Notes under the pieces: generated by a model | The model's input: only the letters and a program-made list of their open reading frames with translations | What the model was told of the DNA's origin: nothing | Databases searched by the model: none | In this document: positions 14,701-25,671 of the stretch, piece by piece | How positions within the stretch are numbered: position 1 is the first letter of the stretch | How the letters are laid out: every line of letters begins with the position of its first letter | Origin: Phoronis australis | Lineage: Eukaryota; Animalia; Phoronida | Assembly: GCA_002633005.1 (NCBI GenBank) | Contig: NMRA01000545.1 | Span: 217,690 to 281,689 of the forward strand | DNA length: 64,000 nt | Reading direction: 5' to 3' | Program-made: the position numbers and the translations under genes

Positions 14701-17700
14701 CATTCTTTTCTCGCTGTTTAAGAGTCAAATCCCTGGCCTGATTCACAGCCGAAGCAACAGGTGCTGTGCACGTGACTGGCTGACCTACTTTTTTTCCATA
14801 TACGGCACGCAGTGCCACACACAGAGGATAAACTCGAATCGCCCAATAATCATGGAATTCCACAATAAGATGAAGTATTTCGAGGAATTTATTTTCATGC
14901 TAAGTTATTCATTGAATACGTAACCAACATTACACACCACATTTTTTGCACTGTATTCTAGCGCATCAATATAAGTCGTTCGGCAGTGCGAATTTTTTTG
15001 AAGTTTTTCATTCATTCGTTCGAGTTGCAACGGAGCTATGCGAACAAATTAAGGAAATTTGCGCTAAGTTTTATCTGGTTTGCATGTTCAACGACATTGA
15101 TGGCATTTGTACGCCAGGTCAGTAATAGAATTTTGTTGGGTATCATTTTTTTCGAAGTGTACGTTCTCCGTCGGCTATTTCAAATTGGCTGCTCCGTCGA
15201 ATATATCGAGTGCCGCTTCAACTTCCACGTCGGCAACTAGCATTAGGGGTACGGCAAATCCTTTAACTTCGGGTGTGGGTTCTTCAATTTCAAAGATTAA
15301 GTGTCCATGTACGGGTAGTTAGCGCTGGATGCAATATTTCTCAACACTAGTCGTGCGGGGGATTCCGTATGAAGTCACCTTGACGTCACAGAATAGGAAG
15401 GTATTCCCCAAAGATGGCTGCCAGTATTTGCCGATCGTCATTGTGACACTTTCAGTAAAAATAGACAGCAAAAGTTTCTAATGTAGAGTTATTTCATAAT
15501 ATTCAGCAAACTTAAACAATGAATTGTAGGTTTCAATGAAATTTATTAATAATAAATGTTAAAATTCTTCGTTTAGCCTTCATTTTCGCCGAGGTTTTTT
15601 TGAACAGGCCGTCTTTTTTCCATCTGGGCCGTGCCGTCCAAAGCCGTTATTTTTTTAAAAGGGCCGTCCCCAGGACGGCCAGGATAGCCGCTAGATGAGT
15701 CCCTGATTGCAAGTCAGCAATGCTCCCCTGACTGGGAAGAAACCTACCACCTTTCATCATGATTCTTCCAGTAGTTTGGCTCATAGGATGGTCGATGACA
15801 AACGAGCACAAAAATAATAACAAGAGCAACGCGGAGCGTTGAAATGCGCCCACAATTGCACCGCATACGGTATCCTTCTAGGGTTGTTTATTGGTACCAC
15901 AAAGTGGCCAGTAGAGGGCATACTTTGCAAAATGGAAAGGCATGGTCATTGTCTCCTCAATAGGCTAGGGGCAAAATGTGAGTAATCTTCATAATACAAG
16001 CACATCCTATACACCAGTTGCTTAAAGCACCACAGAAACATAGAATTAAAAACAAATTTACCAACATACGAGATTAGCACAGCATTAGAATGCCAGAAAC
16101 AAATTTCTACTTGGAACTTTTNNNNNNNNNNNNNNNNNNNNNNNNNNNNNNNNNNNNNNNNNNNNNNNNNNNNNNNNNNNNNNNNNNNNNNNNNNNNNNN
16201 NNNNNNNNNNNNNNNNNNNNNNNNNNNNNNNNNNNNNNNNNNNNNNNNNNNNNNNNNNNNNNNNNNNNNNNNNNNNNNNNNNNNNNNNNNNNNNNNNNNN
16301 NNNNNNNNNNNNNNNNNNNNNNNNNNNNNNNNNNNNNNNNNNNNNNNNNNNNNNNNNNNNNNNNNNNNNNNNNNNNNNNNNNNNNNNNNNNNNNNNNNNN
16401 NNNNNNNNNNNNNNNNNNNNNNNNNNNNNNNNNNNNNNNNNNNNNNNNNNNNNNNNNNNNNNNNNNNNNNNNNNNNNNNNNNNNNNNNNNNNNNNNNNNN
16501 NNNNNNNNNNNNNNNNNNNNNNNNNNNNNNNNNNNNNNNNNNNNNNNNNNNNNNNNNNNNNNNNNNNNNNNNNNNNNNNNNNNNNNNNNNNNNNNNNNNN
16601 NNNNNNNNNNNNNNNNNNNNNNNNNNNNNNNNNNNNNNNNNNNNNNNNNNNNNNNNNNNNNNNNNNNNNNNNNNNNNNNNNNNNNNNNNNNNNNNNNNNN
16701 NNNNNNNNNNNNNNNNNNNNNNNNNNNNNNNNNNNNNNNNNNNNNNNNNNNNNNNNNNNNNNNNNNNNNNNNNNNNNNNNNNNNNNNNNNNNNNNNNNNN
16801 NNNNNNNNNNNNNNNNNNNNNNNNNNNNNNNNNNNNNNNNNNNNNNNNNNNNNNNNNNNNNNNNNNNNNNNNNNNNNNNNNNNNNNNNNNNNNNNNNNNN
16901 NNNNNNNNNNNNNNNNNNNNNNNNNNNNNNNNNNNNNNNNNNNNNNNNNNNNNNNNNNNNNNNNNNNNNNNNNNNNNNNNNNNNNNNNNNNNNNNNNNNN
17001 NNNNNNNNNNNNNNNNNNNNNNCGGACGCCAGACGCCGGACGGACGCCGCCCGGACGGACGTACGGACGGAGATGACGGCATAATGCGTCCACATATAAA
17101 TATGTGGGCGCATAAAAAGGCCACTAAAAGGGCAGCATAGGTCAAATCCGTCTGAAACAGGGTGGATGAAGTTGTATCCGAGATAGTTACTTATTTGCCA
17201 AATTTCAGACATTTACATTAAGAACTTGAGAGATATAAAGGGAAATGCATAAAAAATGCTACTAGGGGTCGTAGGGGATTTCATAGTAGTCAGATTTGTC
17301 CTAAAATTTACGCCAGTTGTACTCTTCTCAATAGGAACATATATGAAGAGCCATCAATACTGAGATAATGCATCAATGGCCAAAAATTACTGATAAGAGG
17401 TGCCAGGGCAGTCTGACTTGTCCAAAATTATTAGCAGCTGACCTTCCCAGCAGGAATACATATGACAGTTTTCATGATCCTTCAAGCAGTTTGACCAATA
17501 GAGGCGCACATGCTAAAAGCTGACTCCAGAATAAAACAAATGGCCCCCAGATGGCATACAATAACTCAAATTCTTCCAAAAATGAGAAAGTGCCATAGTC
17601 TCCATTTTAAACTTTTAGTCCAAATTTCATGAAAATCTGCCAAAGAACTCGGAAGATACAGAAGAAAACACAAAACATGAAATTGCTACTAGGGGGCACA

Positions 17701-20700
17701 GTGGTAGTCCGATGCGTTCGAAATCCGTCGTCATTTGTTTTTATGTTCAAAGGAATATACAAATCAAATTTCACAATGACCCTTAAGGGGTTTGATAAAT
17801 GCAGCCATGGATGTTTTGGAACACAGAACAAGTCTAGTCAAATCCCACATCCGAAAATCAACGCTCTCCACTTGCAGAAATAGAAAAATGCATTGTACAG
17901 TTGACCTAGTTTTGAAATTTAAAGCTGCTAAAAACCTTCTAATTTGATTCCGGCAAGTGAAGAACCTTTTTTGTCGTGCCTCACTAAGCTTTTCAATTCT
18001 TTATGTCTACATTACAACTCAGTAGTAAAACTAATTATCTCAGAATGATAAATGACAAACTAATTAATTACACAGTAAAATAATGAATAGCAAAGTAGCA
18101 GTGTGCCCCACAAATGCGCAACATTGAGAGTAAACACCACAAAATCACAGAGGGCGCAGTAGTATAGTGAGCCTCAAAATGCAAAGTCTTTTGAGTGAAA
18201 GATTCTTAACACAAAGATTATTTGTTCATGTAGAAGTCAATTTTCACCACCTGAAATGCAAATTATGAACCACCTTACATGTCCACAACTTAGCTTTGGT
18301 CAACAGACAACTATCCCAGAATGCATTTGAAAGAAGACAACAGCACAGTAGATGAAATCCTTCAAATTGTTTGACTTCGCACCCAAATACACACGTGAAC
18401 AAGGCAATGCATTAAACATAACACCACCCAGACTTCCAAAACAGTTTTACAACTAAATGCTTTTTACTTAGATAATTAAACATTCACCGGTTAAACACAG
18501 AAACACACTTTAAACATAATACGTTTGGAGAAGTCTAAGCTATCAAAATCAGACTTACAGCGGTTAGGTACAACTTTCATGCAGAAAAACTTTCAAGGGT
18601 TAGTACCTAGTATTTTAAAGATATCTGCAGAAGAAATGCAATGATTTTAAGCAATTTTAAAATTGAGTGTTTGATCTCGGGTCATTTCACACAGGCCTAG
18701 AAGGCCAGTCTTCACATTACACCCAGTTTCAGATGATCAATTCTACAAAAGCCCATCAGCCCTAAACAATATACAAATGCAGTGACAGACGGCAAACTTG
18801 TGTTTAAACCTCTCAAAACATACACCATTCCTTTACCTACCGTCATAACGATAGTCAAACGAGCGCTGACGCTGTATTCCTCTGTAGCTGTTATCAACGT
18901 GTCTCCCACTGTGCTTTTCATTAGAAGAGCTAGTTCCCTTCTGAAATGGCATCTATATTTCACATGTAACAAGTAAATGCAGAAACAAGAAGTTGAAATG
19001 AGAAAAAGAATCGTTTTTGATGTTCCTTTTAGTAACAAAAGCAGCGTTAAGTGCTAAACTGCATCATTGAAATGCTTCTATGGGTGCCTAATAGCATCAT
19101 ATAAACGCCCACTTGGTGTCACAGAATACGTCGAGCCTGTCCAAAAATGGAAAGGTGTCATCATCTCCTTAACAGAAACCGTTTTGCCCAATATCATGAA
19201 AATGTGCCTAGGAACTCCAAAGACAGAGAGGCAAATAAACTTCCCACTACAAGTCACAGCAGTAGTCAGATCTGTTTGAACACCGTGCCATCTCTTGCCA
19301 CGTTCATAAAAAACAGACAAGCCAAATTTCCCAAAAAAAACTTCAAGAAGCTTAGAAGATACGATGGGTGATGTAACAAAACGAATAAAACCGCCACTGG
19401 GGTGCACCTCAGCAGACGGATTCATCTGTCAGTTGCACAGTTATCAGTACTTAGGAAGGAAAACATCTGCCAATTTCTTTAATGATCCTTTGAACAGCTT
19501 CCCAGATAGAGAGACTGATCATATGCCACAAACTGACTAAAAAATAATAAAACAATGGTCACTAGGTAGTGCAGAATGCATACCAAAAATCAAAAGGCAT
19601 TGTCCTCTCATTGACAGAAACTTATTAACTGAATATGAAATTTTGTCAAGGAACTCCAAAGATACTGGGGCAAACATGAAACAACACAATTGCCACTAGG
19701 AGGCACAGCAGCAGGTGGATCCATCCGAAAGTCGTTGTCATCAGTTGGCATCTGCCAACTGTCTCAACAATCCAAGGGTTTTGGAGATACAGCCACGGAC
19801 AGGCATACCGCAGATCCCTGGTTATCTTGGAGATAATTCATTTTTTCTTGTAAATTACTATTCCAATGGTGAGTCTTAACAGTCCATGAGACAATAGAAT
19901 GTGATGTGGACAGTCCAACAAAGGTCAACATCTTGGTTCTATATTCACTTCTGTTGAAGGACCACAATGACGTACTTGCTATTCACCACAATCTGCATCA
20001 GTCATTGGTGTTTGCTCAACACCAGTGAGTGCATAAGCAAAATGCAAACCTTATGTAGGCCTTATGCTGGCACATTCACTTCCCAAGGAACATGTATTTA
20101 TACGAAAGGTAATATCAAAAATGGTTGCTTTTTCCTCCAACATACCGTATCTTAAAGAACTGAATTTAAACACACCACTCTGCATTACGCTCACTGTACA
20201 CTAAATGATTAAATCATGGCAATACAATACCAGTATTCCAAAGTTGTTGGACCAGAGTTTGGAAGAGCCAAGATAATTAAAATTCAAACTGAACCAAAGT
20301 TTTTGCATATAATACATCAAAACGAATGGTTATCTGATCAGTGTTAAAAAATGCTCTCTGTAACAATAATAGAGCGTAACAACAACTATGTCAAAGTTTA
20401 TTTTGTCATGGTGGTTAAAAAATTTGAGAACCTAAGAGCATCGGTAAAGAGTTCAACATTGACAACTGAAAAGTAGCAAGAATTACACTTCAATGTTATG
20501 TATTCAGTCCAGCTTTAAGTTTAACAAAAACTGTTCATAGTCTAGTATATCACAAATAAATCAGCAATTCCCAATAAAATATCCCAAACCGGTGTATTCA
20601 CAGGATGCAAAAAAAACAGGATGCAACAAAATGACTGACAAATTTGCAGGTATCATAAAAGCCAAATTGGGTTATTACGAAAAATTACATTTGTTTTTGA

Positions 20701-21145
20701 AGTTACATATAATACCATTTTGTTTAATACCATTTTCAGTTGCTAAAATAAACTGGACCATCGAGCATTCAATGTGGAAACTATGGACCAACTCTGAATA
20801 AGCACAACATTTATAAAGCACTAAGAATCTCACAGAATGATCTAAATGTGTTGCAGTTATGGATTTGATGTCCTTTATAACGTTTCCACAATGAAAAATT
20901 GATGCTCTCCTGCTTGTCCAAATGATTGTGGCAACTGAAAAAGAAATGAGGAAAATGGCATCATATGTAAATTATGAAAATAAAAACCTTATTCAACATT
21001 TTGCCTTTATTGAACCAACAGATATACCAATCATTTTTCCGAACCCTGAATGTAAAAGTATTGTTAAACTTACCGCCGAGGGTTGGGTGGGTATTTTGAG
21101 CCAAGCTGGTGCAAAATCATTTGAAGGAGCCTTGCTGCTCGCCAT
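2774..21145 (-). CDS. GPBP1L1: Vasculin family protein (GPBP1/GPBP1L1-like), 10 coding exons, about 397 aa
   Basis: Exons (minus): 21145-21074, 18940-18841, 13446-13277, 10617-10468, 8774-8699, 8448-8377, 7632-7511, 4176-3983, 3638-3545, 2917-2774; all GT-AG with matching phases, 1194 nt in total. Family motifs: N-terminal NDFAPAWLKIP, EF|PSL...GVW, NIYKAVV, LSSSLEAEQRLLREMGW...ITEDDLREFQ and an acidic C-terminal tail. Probably a single pro-ortholog of vertebrate GPBP1 and GPBP1L1; the symbol follows the synteny with TMEM69. Confidence 0.9.
7672..7978. repeat. 34-bp intronic minisatellite (CACAACTGAACATGTAGTACACAAGGCCAGTATT), about 9 copies
   Basis: Directly visible, near-perfect copies with 34-bp period. 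Confidence 0.95.
9116..10221 (-). mobile_element. DINE-1/HINE-like non-autonomous Helentron with internal ~150-bp tandem monomers (~450-bp higher-order unit), copy A
   Basis: Subterminal inverted repeat ATGTGCCCAC / GTGGGCGCAT, palindrome at one end (CCCACACATAAATATGTGGG), short stem-loop at the other end, T/A-tract flanks without TSD; both termini recur in the copy at 15819-17118 and the stem-loop end recurs (reverse) at 45500-45560. Confidence 0.75.
10715..11473. mobile_element. PIF/Harbinger-like MITE
   Basis: TIRs GGGCTGTTCCAG..AAAATC / GATTTT.CTGGAACAGCCC with TTA on both flanks. Confidence 0.8.
13821..13878. other. Assembly gap next to a G-rich tract of a repeat element
   Basis: N run preceded by a purine/G-rich tract at 13728-13820. 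Confidence 0.95.
14638..14860 (-). promoter_or_regulatory. Possible alternative internal first exon/promoter in intron 2 of the vasculin gene
   Basis: Consensus donor CTG|GTAAGT at 14638/14637 inside a locally CpG-rich region (~14340-15450) with E-box CACGTG (14769), CCAAT (14842) and CRE TGACGTCA (15381). Confidence 0.35.
15819..17118 (-). mobile_element. DINE-1/HINE-like Helentron copy B (interior mostly gap), followed by degenerate monomers to ~17880
   Basis: Same termini as 9116-10221, perfect CAACGC-GGA-GCGTTG hairpin, (GGAC)n-like microsatellite at 17023-17070 typical of DINE-1/pearl elements. Confidence 0.75.
16122..17022. other. Assembly gap (N run)
   Basis: N characters. Confidence 0.99.
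19290..19805 (-). repeat. Degenerate monomers of the same Helentron-like family
   Basis: Motifs 'ggaactccaaagatac', 'aattgccactaggaggcac' and 'gggttttggagatacagcc' shared with copy A. Confidence 0.65.
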
Positions 21146-21899
21146 TAGGTAAAACTCATTTGCATAATGATACAAACACAAAAATCACAATTCCAGTTGA
21201 AGGTTTTGCGACTTGAGTAGTATCCAGTAAACACACAGCCTCCCTAGTTGTCTGAGGTATAGGGACAATCACACACTAGCAGTCTGTTTTCTGCTTTGCG
21301 GGAAGCACGATATGACGAGAAGAGTTAAGACGCAAAACACAAGGTTTGCCAGAATTCCTGCTGCTACCTGGTCATTTTATTCTTTAGTCTTAAACTTTTA
21401 TAGAAAACGGAATTTCTGCTAACTTCACTGAGCGATAAAAACTTGTCTGTCCATAAGACCTTCTATACTCATTTTCAATCTTGGGGATTTCTTGCGTCTA
21501 AAAACCTACTGCTAATACATTGCACACGTTTCACCAGTTACGAAATAAGAATTACATCCTTCAAACCATGAAATACCGAGTCAAGACATCTATCATCTTT
21601 GCACTTAAAACAACACCGATGCTTCAAATGATGTTTTTGAAACCATTCTTGTCTTATCTCTAAGTTTTGCGGTTGGACTACTTTCAAGTCAGCATACGGA
21701 CATGGAGAATTAAGTGAACGGCACCAACACAGACTTGTGACCCAATGTGACCTTTCCTGCTTCACAACACACTTTCACTTCCACCTCGTTCAAGTTGAGT
21801 TTGTTTTTGTTGAGAAAACGTCAACTTTGTGCAAAGTAACGACAAAATCAGTGAATTATTTCACTCGCATAATCTTCAAATGTGCATCTGCAAACATTA

Positions 21900-22240
21900 T
21901 CAGATGCTAACGTCACTTGGTTTAAGTTTGAATCAAGCAAAGGCGCTAAACAAAACACAAATCCATCAAGGCTCCTGCACTTCTCTAAACAAAAATGGCG
22001 ATTGTCCTATTCACGTTGTTTCACGTCAGGAAAAATAAAAAAAAATATAATTTTCGATAACTCTTTCGTCTTAAATATGCTTATATCATGAAAGATGAGA
22101 TTAACGTTATTTAGTGTATCTGTTTTACACAGGCTCACTTTCCTGTTGATAATATAACAAAATAAGTACGTAAACATTATTAAGTCACGTGACATTAACG
22201 AGACTGTCTCTGCTCCTGAGGAAATGCAACACCGAGGTAA
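21900..22240. promoter_or_regulatory. Putative bidirectional promoter of vasculin (minus) and TMEM69 (plus)
   Basis: YY1-like AAAATGGCG (~21992), palindromic E-box GTCACGTGAC (22184-22193) and a plus-strand donor GAG|GTAATC at 22236/22237 as candidate TMEM69 first exon; lies between the two divergent CDSs. Confidence 0.5.
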
Positions 22241-22631
22241 TCAGAAATAAGTCAAAAGGTCGTCTTTCGCGAGTGATGAGGTGCTCTTATAAAGTGCAAC
22301 ATTCATCCTGATAATTTGAGTCTTCCCACGCCATATGAAATTGTTGAAATCGCAAGTTGTCATCGGAAGCCACGAGACTCTTGCCGCACTCGCAGCAGTG
22401 CCATTCCGCATTCGTCTCGACTGGCCGTCTTGACCACAACACAACTTCACAAGGCACAGCCACAGCCACAGGCACCTTTGATCAGCCCTAGGCGATAGTA
22501 TAAAATAGAGAAAGGTATACAACTGCTATCCAATATGCCCTCCCGCCAGGTACTTCCAGAACAGCTCCAAGCATGTCAAATCTCCCAGAAATTGAAGTCC
22601 AACATTTTATCTGCAACATCAACACATTCAC

Positions 22632-23532
22632 TAGGCAATGACCATCGCCTCTGTTGGCCCGAACCAGAGGCGATGCAGAGGCTATAGGTGCTCTGTACGC
22701 CGGAAGCTTTTCGGCGAATTATGCCTCGAACCGACTAAACCATCAAAGTCACGTTGTTATAAATACCTTTTGCGCATAGAGGAACACCTTTAGGAGGTTG
22801 TCGATGTGTTTAATTCCTTCCAACTCGAACAAATACTCCCGTTATGAAACTTTTTCTTCGAGCAGTCCCTATTTCAGTTCCCAAAATTGTGAAATCAACA
22901 TTTTCATTTTTTTAACAAGGCCGAAGGTCAGAAGTTGCGGACCTACCGGGGAACTTTGAAAGCTGAAGTTCCCGCCCTTCGCGTACGTGCTGCCGGGAAC
23001 CAGCCGTGCATTTGCCGTGTTGTTAAACATTAAAATGTCAAATATGTGCACAAAGACTATTAAATGTCATATCAACAGCATTTATTTTTATCAAATACAA
23101 ACAATGATTCATTGAAATACAATCAGTTTCAAGTAACGCCAATTAAAGACAAGTATAAGTGGTGGCATTTTGGAAACGAACATTTGACTGACAAGACCGC
23201 AATGGCTCACCTTTGGCCTATTTAAAGATTGAGGTCATGAATTGGAGCGTGCGCAGTATAAAAATGGTGAGTTCACGATTTTGGGAACTGAAATAGGGAC
23301 TGCTCGAAGAAAAAGTTTCATAACGGGAGTATTTGTTCGAGTTGGAAGGAATTAAACACATCGACAACCTCCTAAGGTGTTCCTCTATGCGCAAAAGGTA
23401 TTTATAACAACGTGACTTTGATGGTTTAGTCGGTGCGAGGCATAATTCGCCAAAAAGCTTCCGGCGTACAGAGCGCCTATAGCCTCTGCATCGCCTCTGG
23501 TTCGGGCCAACAGAGGCGATGGTCATTGCCTA
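22632..23532. mobile_element. Academ-like non-autonomous DNA transposon with ~270-bp TIRs
   Basis: Termini TAG...CTA, 3-bp TSD CAC (22629-22631 / 23533-23535), nearly identical long inverted repeats at 22632-22905 and ~23260-23532. Confidence 0.85.
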
Positions 23533-24019
23533 CACAAGTCATTCACTAGACACTACTTCCATTTGTTGACATCGAAACCAATAAAAACAATACATACCTC
23601 CAGATTTTCTGACTTAAATCGCCAACATTCACGGCAAAGCGTAGTGACAAAAATGATCCATGGGTGGCAACTAATGCGCGTGCTCACAAAGCCGCTGACA
23701 ACATTTTCAGAACGCTTACATCAACTAAAAACAGCAACATTAGAGGCAGAGTAAACATAGATGCTTCTGACAGTAATTTGCGATCATGTCCAGCTGGCCA
23801 GAGTTCGACCTCAAGTGACGAGGTCAAAAACACATGGTTGGAAAACAAATTGGAAGGCCCCTTGAAAGTTTGACCTAGTTTTGTTGTACCCAACCAGCGT
23901 GCTCCTGGAGTAGTATATACATAATGTTGCTGTAATATTTATGAAAATTGGAATTTTTCAGTGCATAAATGTCTATGTCAAGTGTAGACCTACTGTCAAA
24001 ATATCTTCTGTTTCTTTTC

Positions 24020-24625
24020 CGATTGACGAGTTGTCTTGGGACACCGTCCACACTAGATTGCTTAGCAGCAGGCTCACTCTATTTTACAAAATAGTAAATG
24101 GGATAGTGGCAGTCGACCCATCCTTCTATATTACACCCATGCCTAGTACACACTCTTCCAGATGCGTCAATCATCGTACATACCACATCCCACAACCCTC
24201 CCACTATATTACTCCCGTGCTATAGTACACACTCTTGCAGAGGCGTCAATCACCATGCATACTACATCCCTCAACCCTCCCACTATATTATTCCCATGCC
24301 TAGTACACACTCTTGTAGAGGCGTCAATCACCATGCATACCACATCCCGCAAACCTCCCACTATATTACTCCCGTGCTATAGTACACACTCTTCCAGAGG
24401 CGTCAATCACCATGCATGCCACATCCCTCAACCCTCCCACTATATTATTCCCATGCATAGTACACACTCTTCCAGATTCAGCAATGACCATGTATACCAC
24501 ATCCTACATAGTAAACAAAACATTCATTTACACAGCTTCTTCCTTGGCACTAGTTGGCTGTGGAATGGTCTCGGCACCATCTGTAGAGGCATTTAGGAAT
24601 AGATTGTTTTAAATATCATAACATC
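24020..24625 (+). pseudogene. 3' fragment of a CR1/L2-group LINE ORF2, with an internal ~79-bp unit amplified about 5 times (24130-24505)
   Basis: Translates as ELSWDTVHTRLLSSRLTLFYKIVNG ... HSFFLGTSWLWNGL ... APSVEAFRNRL, matching the LINE RT C-terminal pattern L.W..L..RR...RL.LFYKI.N / SFFPRT...WN.LP; frameshifted. Confidence 0.75.
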
Positions 24626-25671
24626 ATCCAGTTGTTTTTATCCTACACTGTATAGTGCCTTCTGTTAATGATAACCAATCTTTGTCTTTTGGAAGTGACC
24701 AATCCTTTTCCATCATTTTCTACAATAAGATTAGGTATGATGTATCTGAAGAAGATAAGTTGAAATATTAATAAATGATCATTATTCAATAAAAACTGGT
24801 CCCCGGCAACCGTTTTGAAGAGGGGGCCCATCTACTCGACTTTCCAAAACATGTTAAAAACCTAACAACCGTGGATATCAGACTTCATGAGCCCATTTAT
24901 TAACTAACGACTACCCAGCTCTGACCCAGATTGCCCTGATTAATGTTGTATGTATCTCAAGAAACTTCGAAATTCAAGAAATATTCCTTTACAAACTTAA
25001 ATCAGTTAAAGATGTAAAGTTAAAAAAAAGTGATGAAAGACCATTTACTAATAACTGTAATTGTTTCCATAAAGGAGTACTTAAGGAATTGTATGCTTAC
25101 TGAGAAATTTGTGAGTGACAATTGGGTAATGTGTTTTAACAGTCTGAATTATCTGGACTTTAAAACTTTATCGAAATTGTTTTAACAAAAATATTGATCA
25201 TTTATACGTAATTTATTAGTCTAAAAAGGTATGTCAATCAGTTCAATGAACACACACATGCATGTAGATACAATGTGTTACTTGGTGGACATTATCGTGA
25301 TTGTTCCTGTTTCATTCCAGGGATATTCTTGAACCGTGCCTTTGCGCCATTAGTGCATAAAATAATAACAAGGCGCAAGTACATTGCAGCAGTGTGCCCC
25401 AGAGGTGCATCTTTTAATACTTCCAAAACTGCAAGGTTCTAGTCAACTTACAGCCAGTCGGGTACAGTAATATACAGGTGGTAGATTTCATTAAAATAAG
25501 CCCAAGTTAACCGGCTGTTTAGGTTTTTCAATGTTTGATCGTAATTACACTAAGTCTGGTGAGTACAAGTTTTTGAAAACAGGCACACTTTTTATCGTCA
25601 TGAATTTTAACCTTGTTTGGTTTTGAATGTTGATAATGTAAGATCTGTTGTTTTGTTTCAGGTCTGTCGCA

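Noticed and set aside
22287-22475. Minus-strand ORF with CCECGKSL resembling a C2H2 finger start
   Set aside because: Non-ATG start, wrong His spacing, no splice context.
24162-24596. 144-aa repetitive ORF
   Set aside because: Product of the tandem amplification within a dead LINE fragment.
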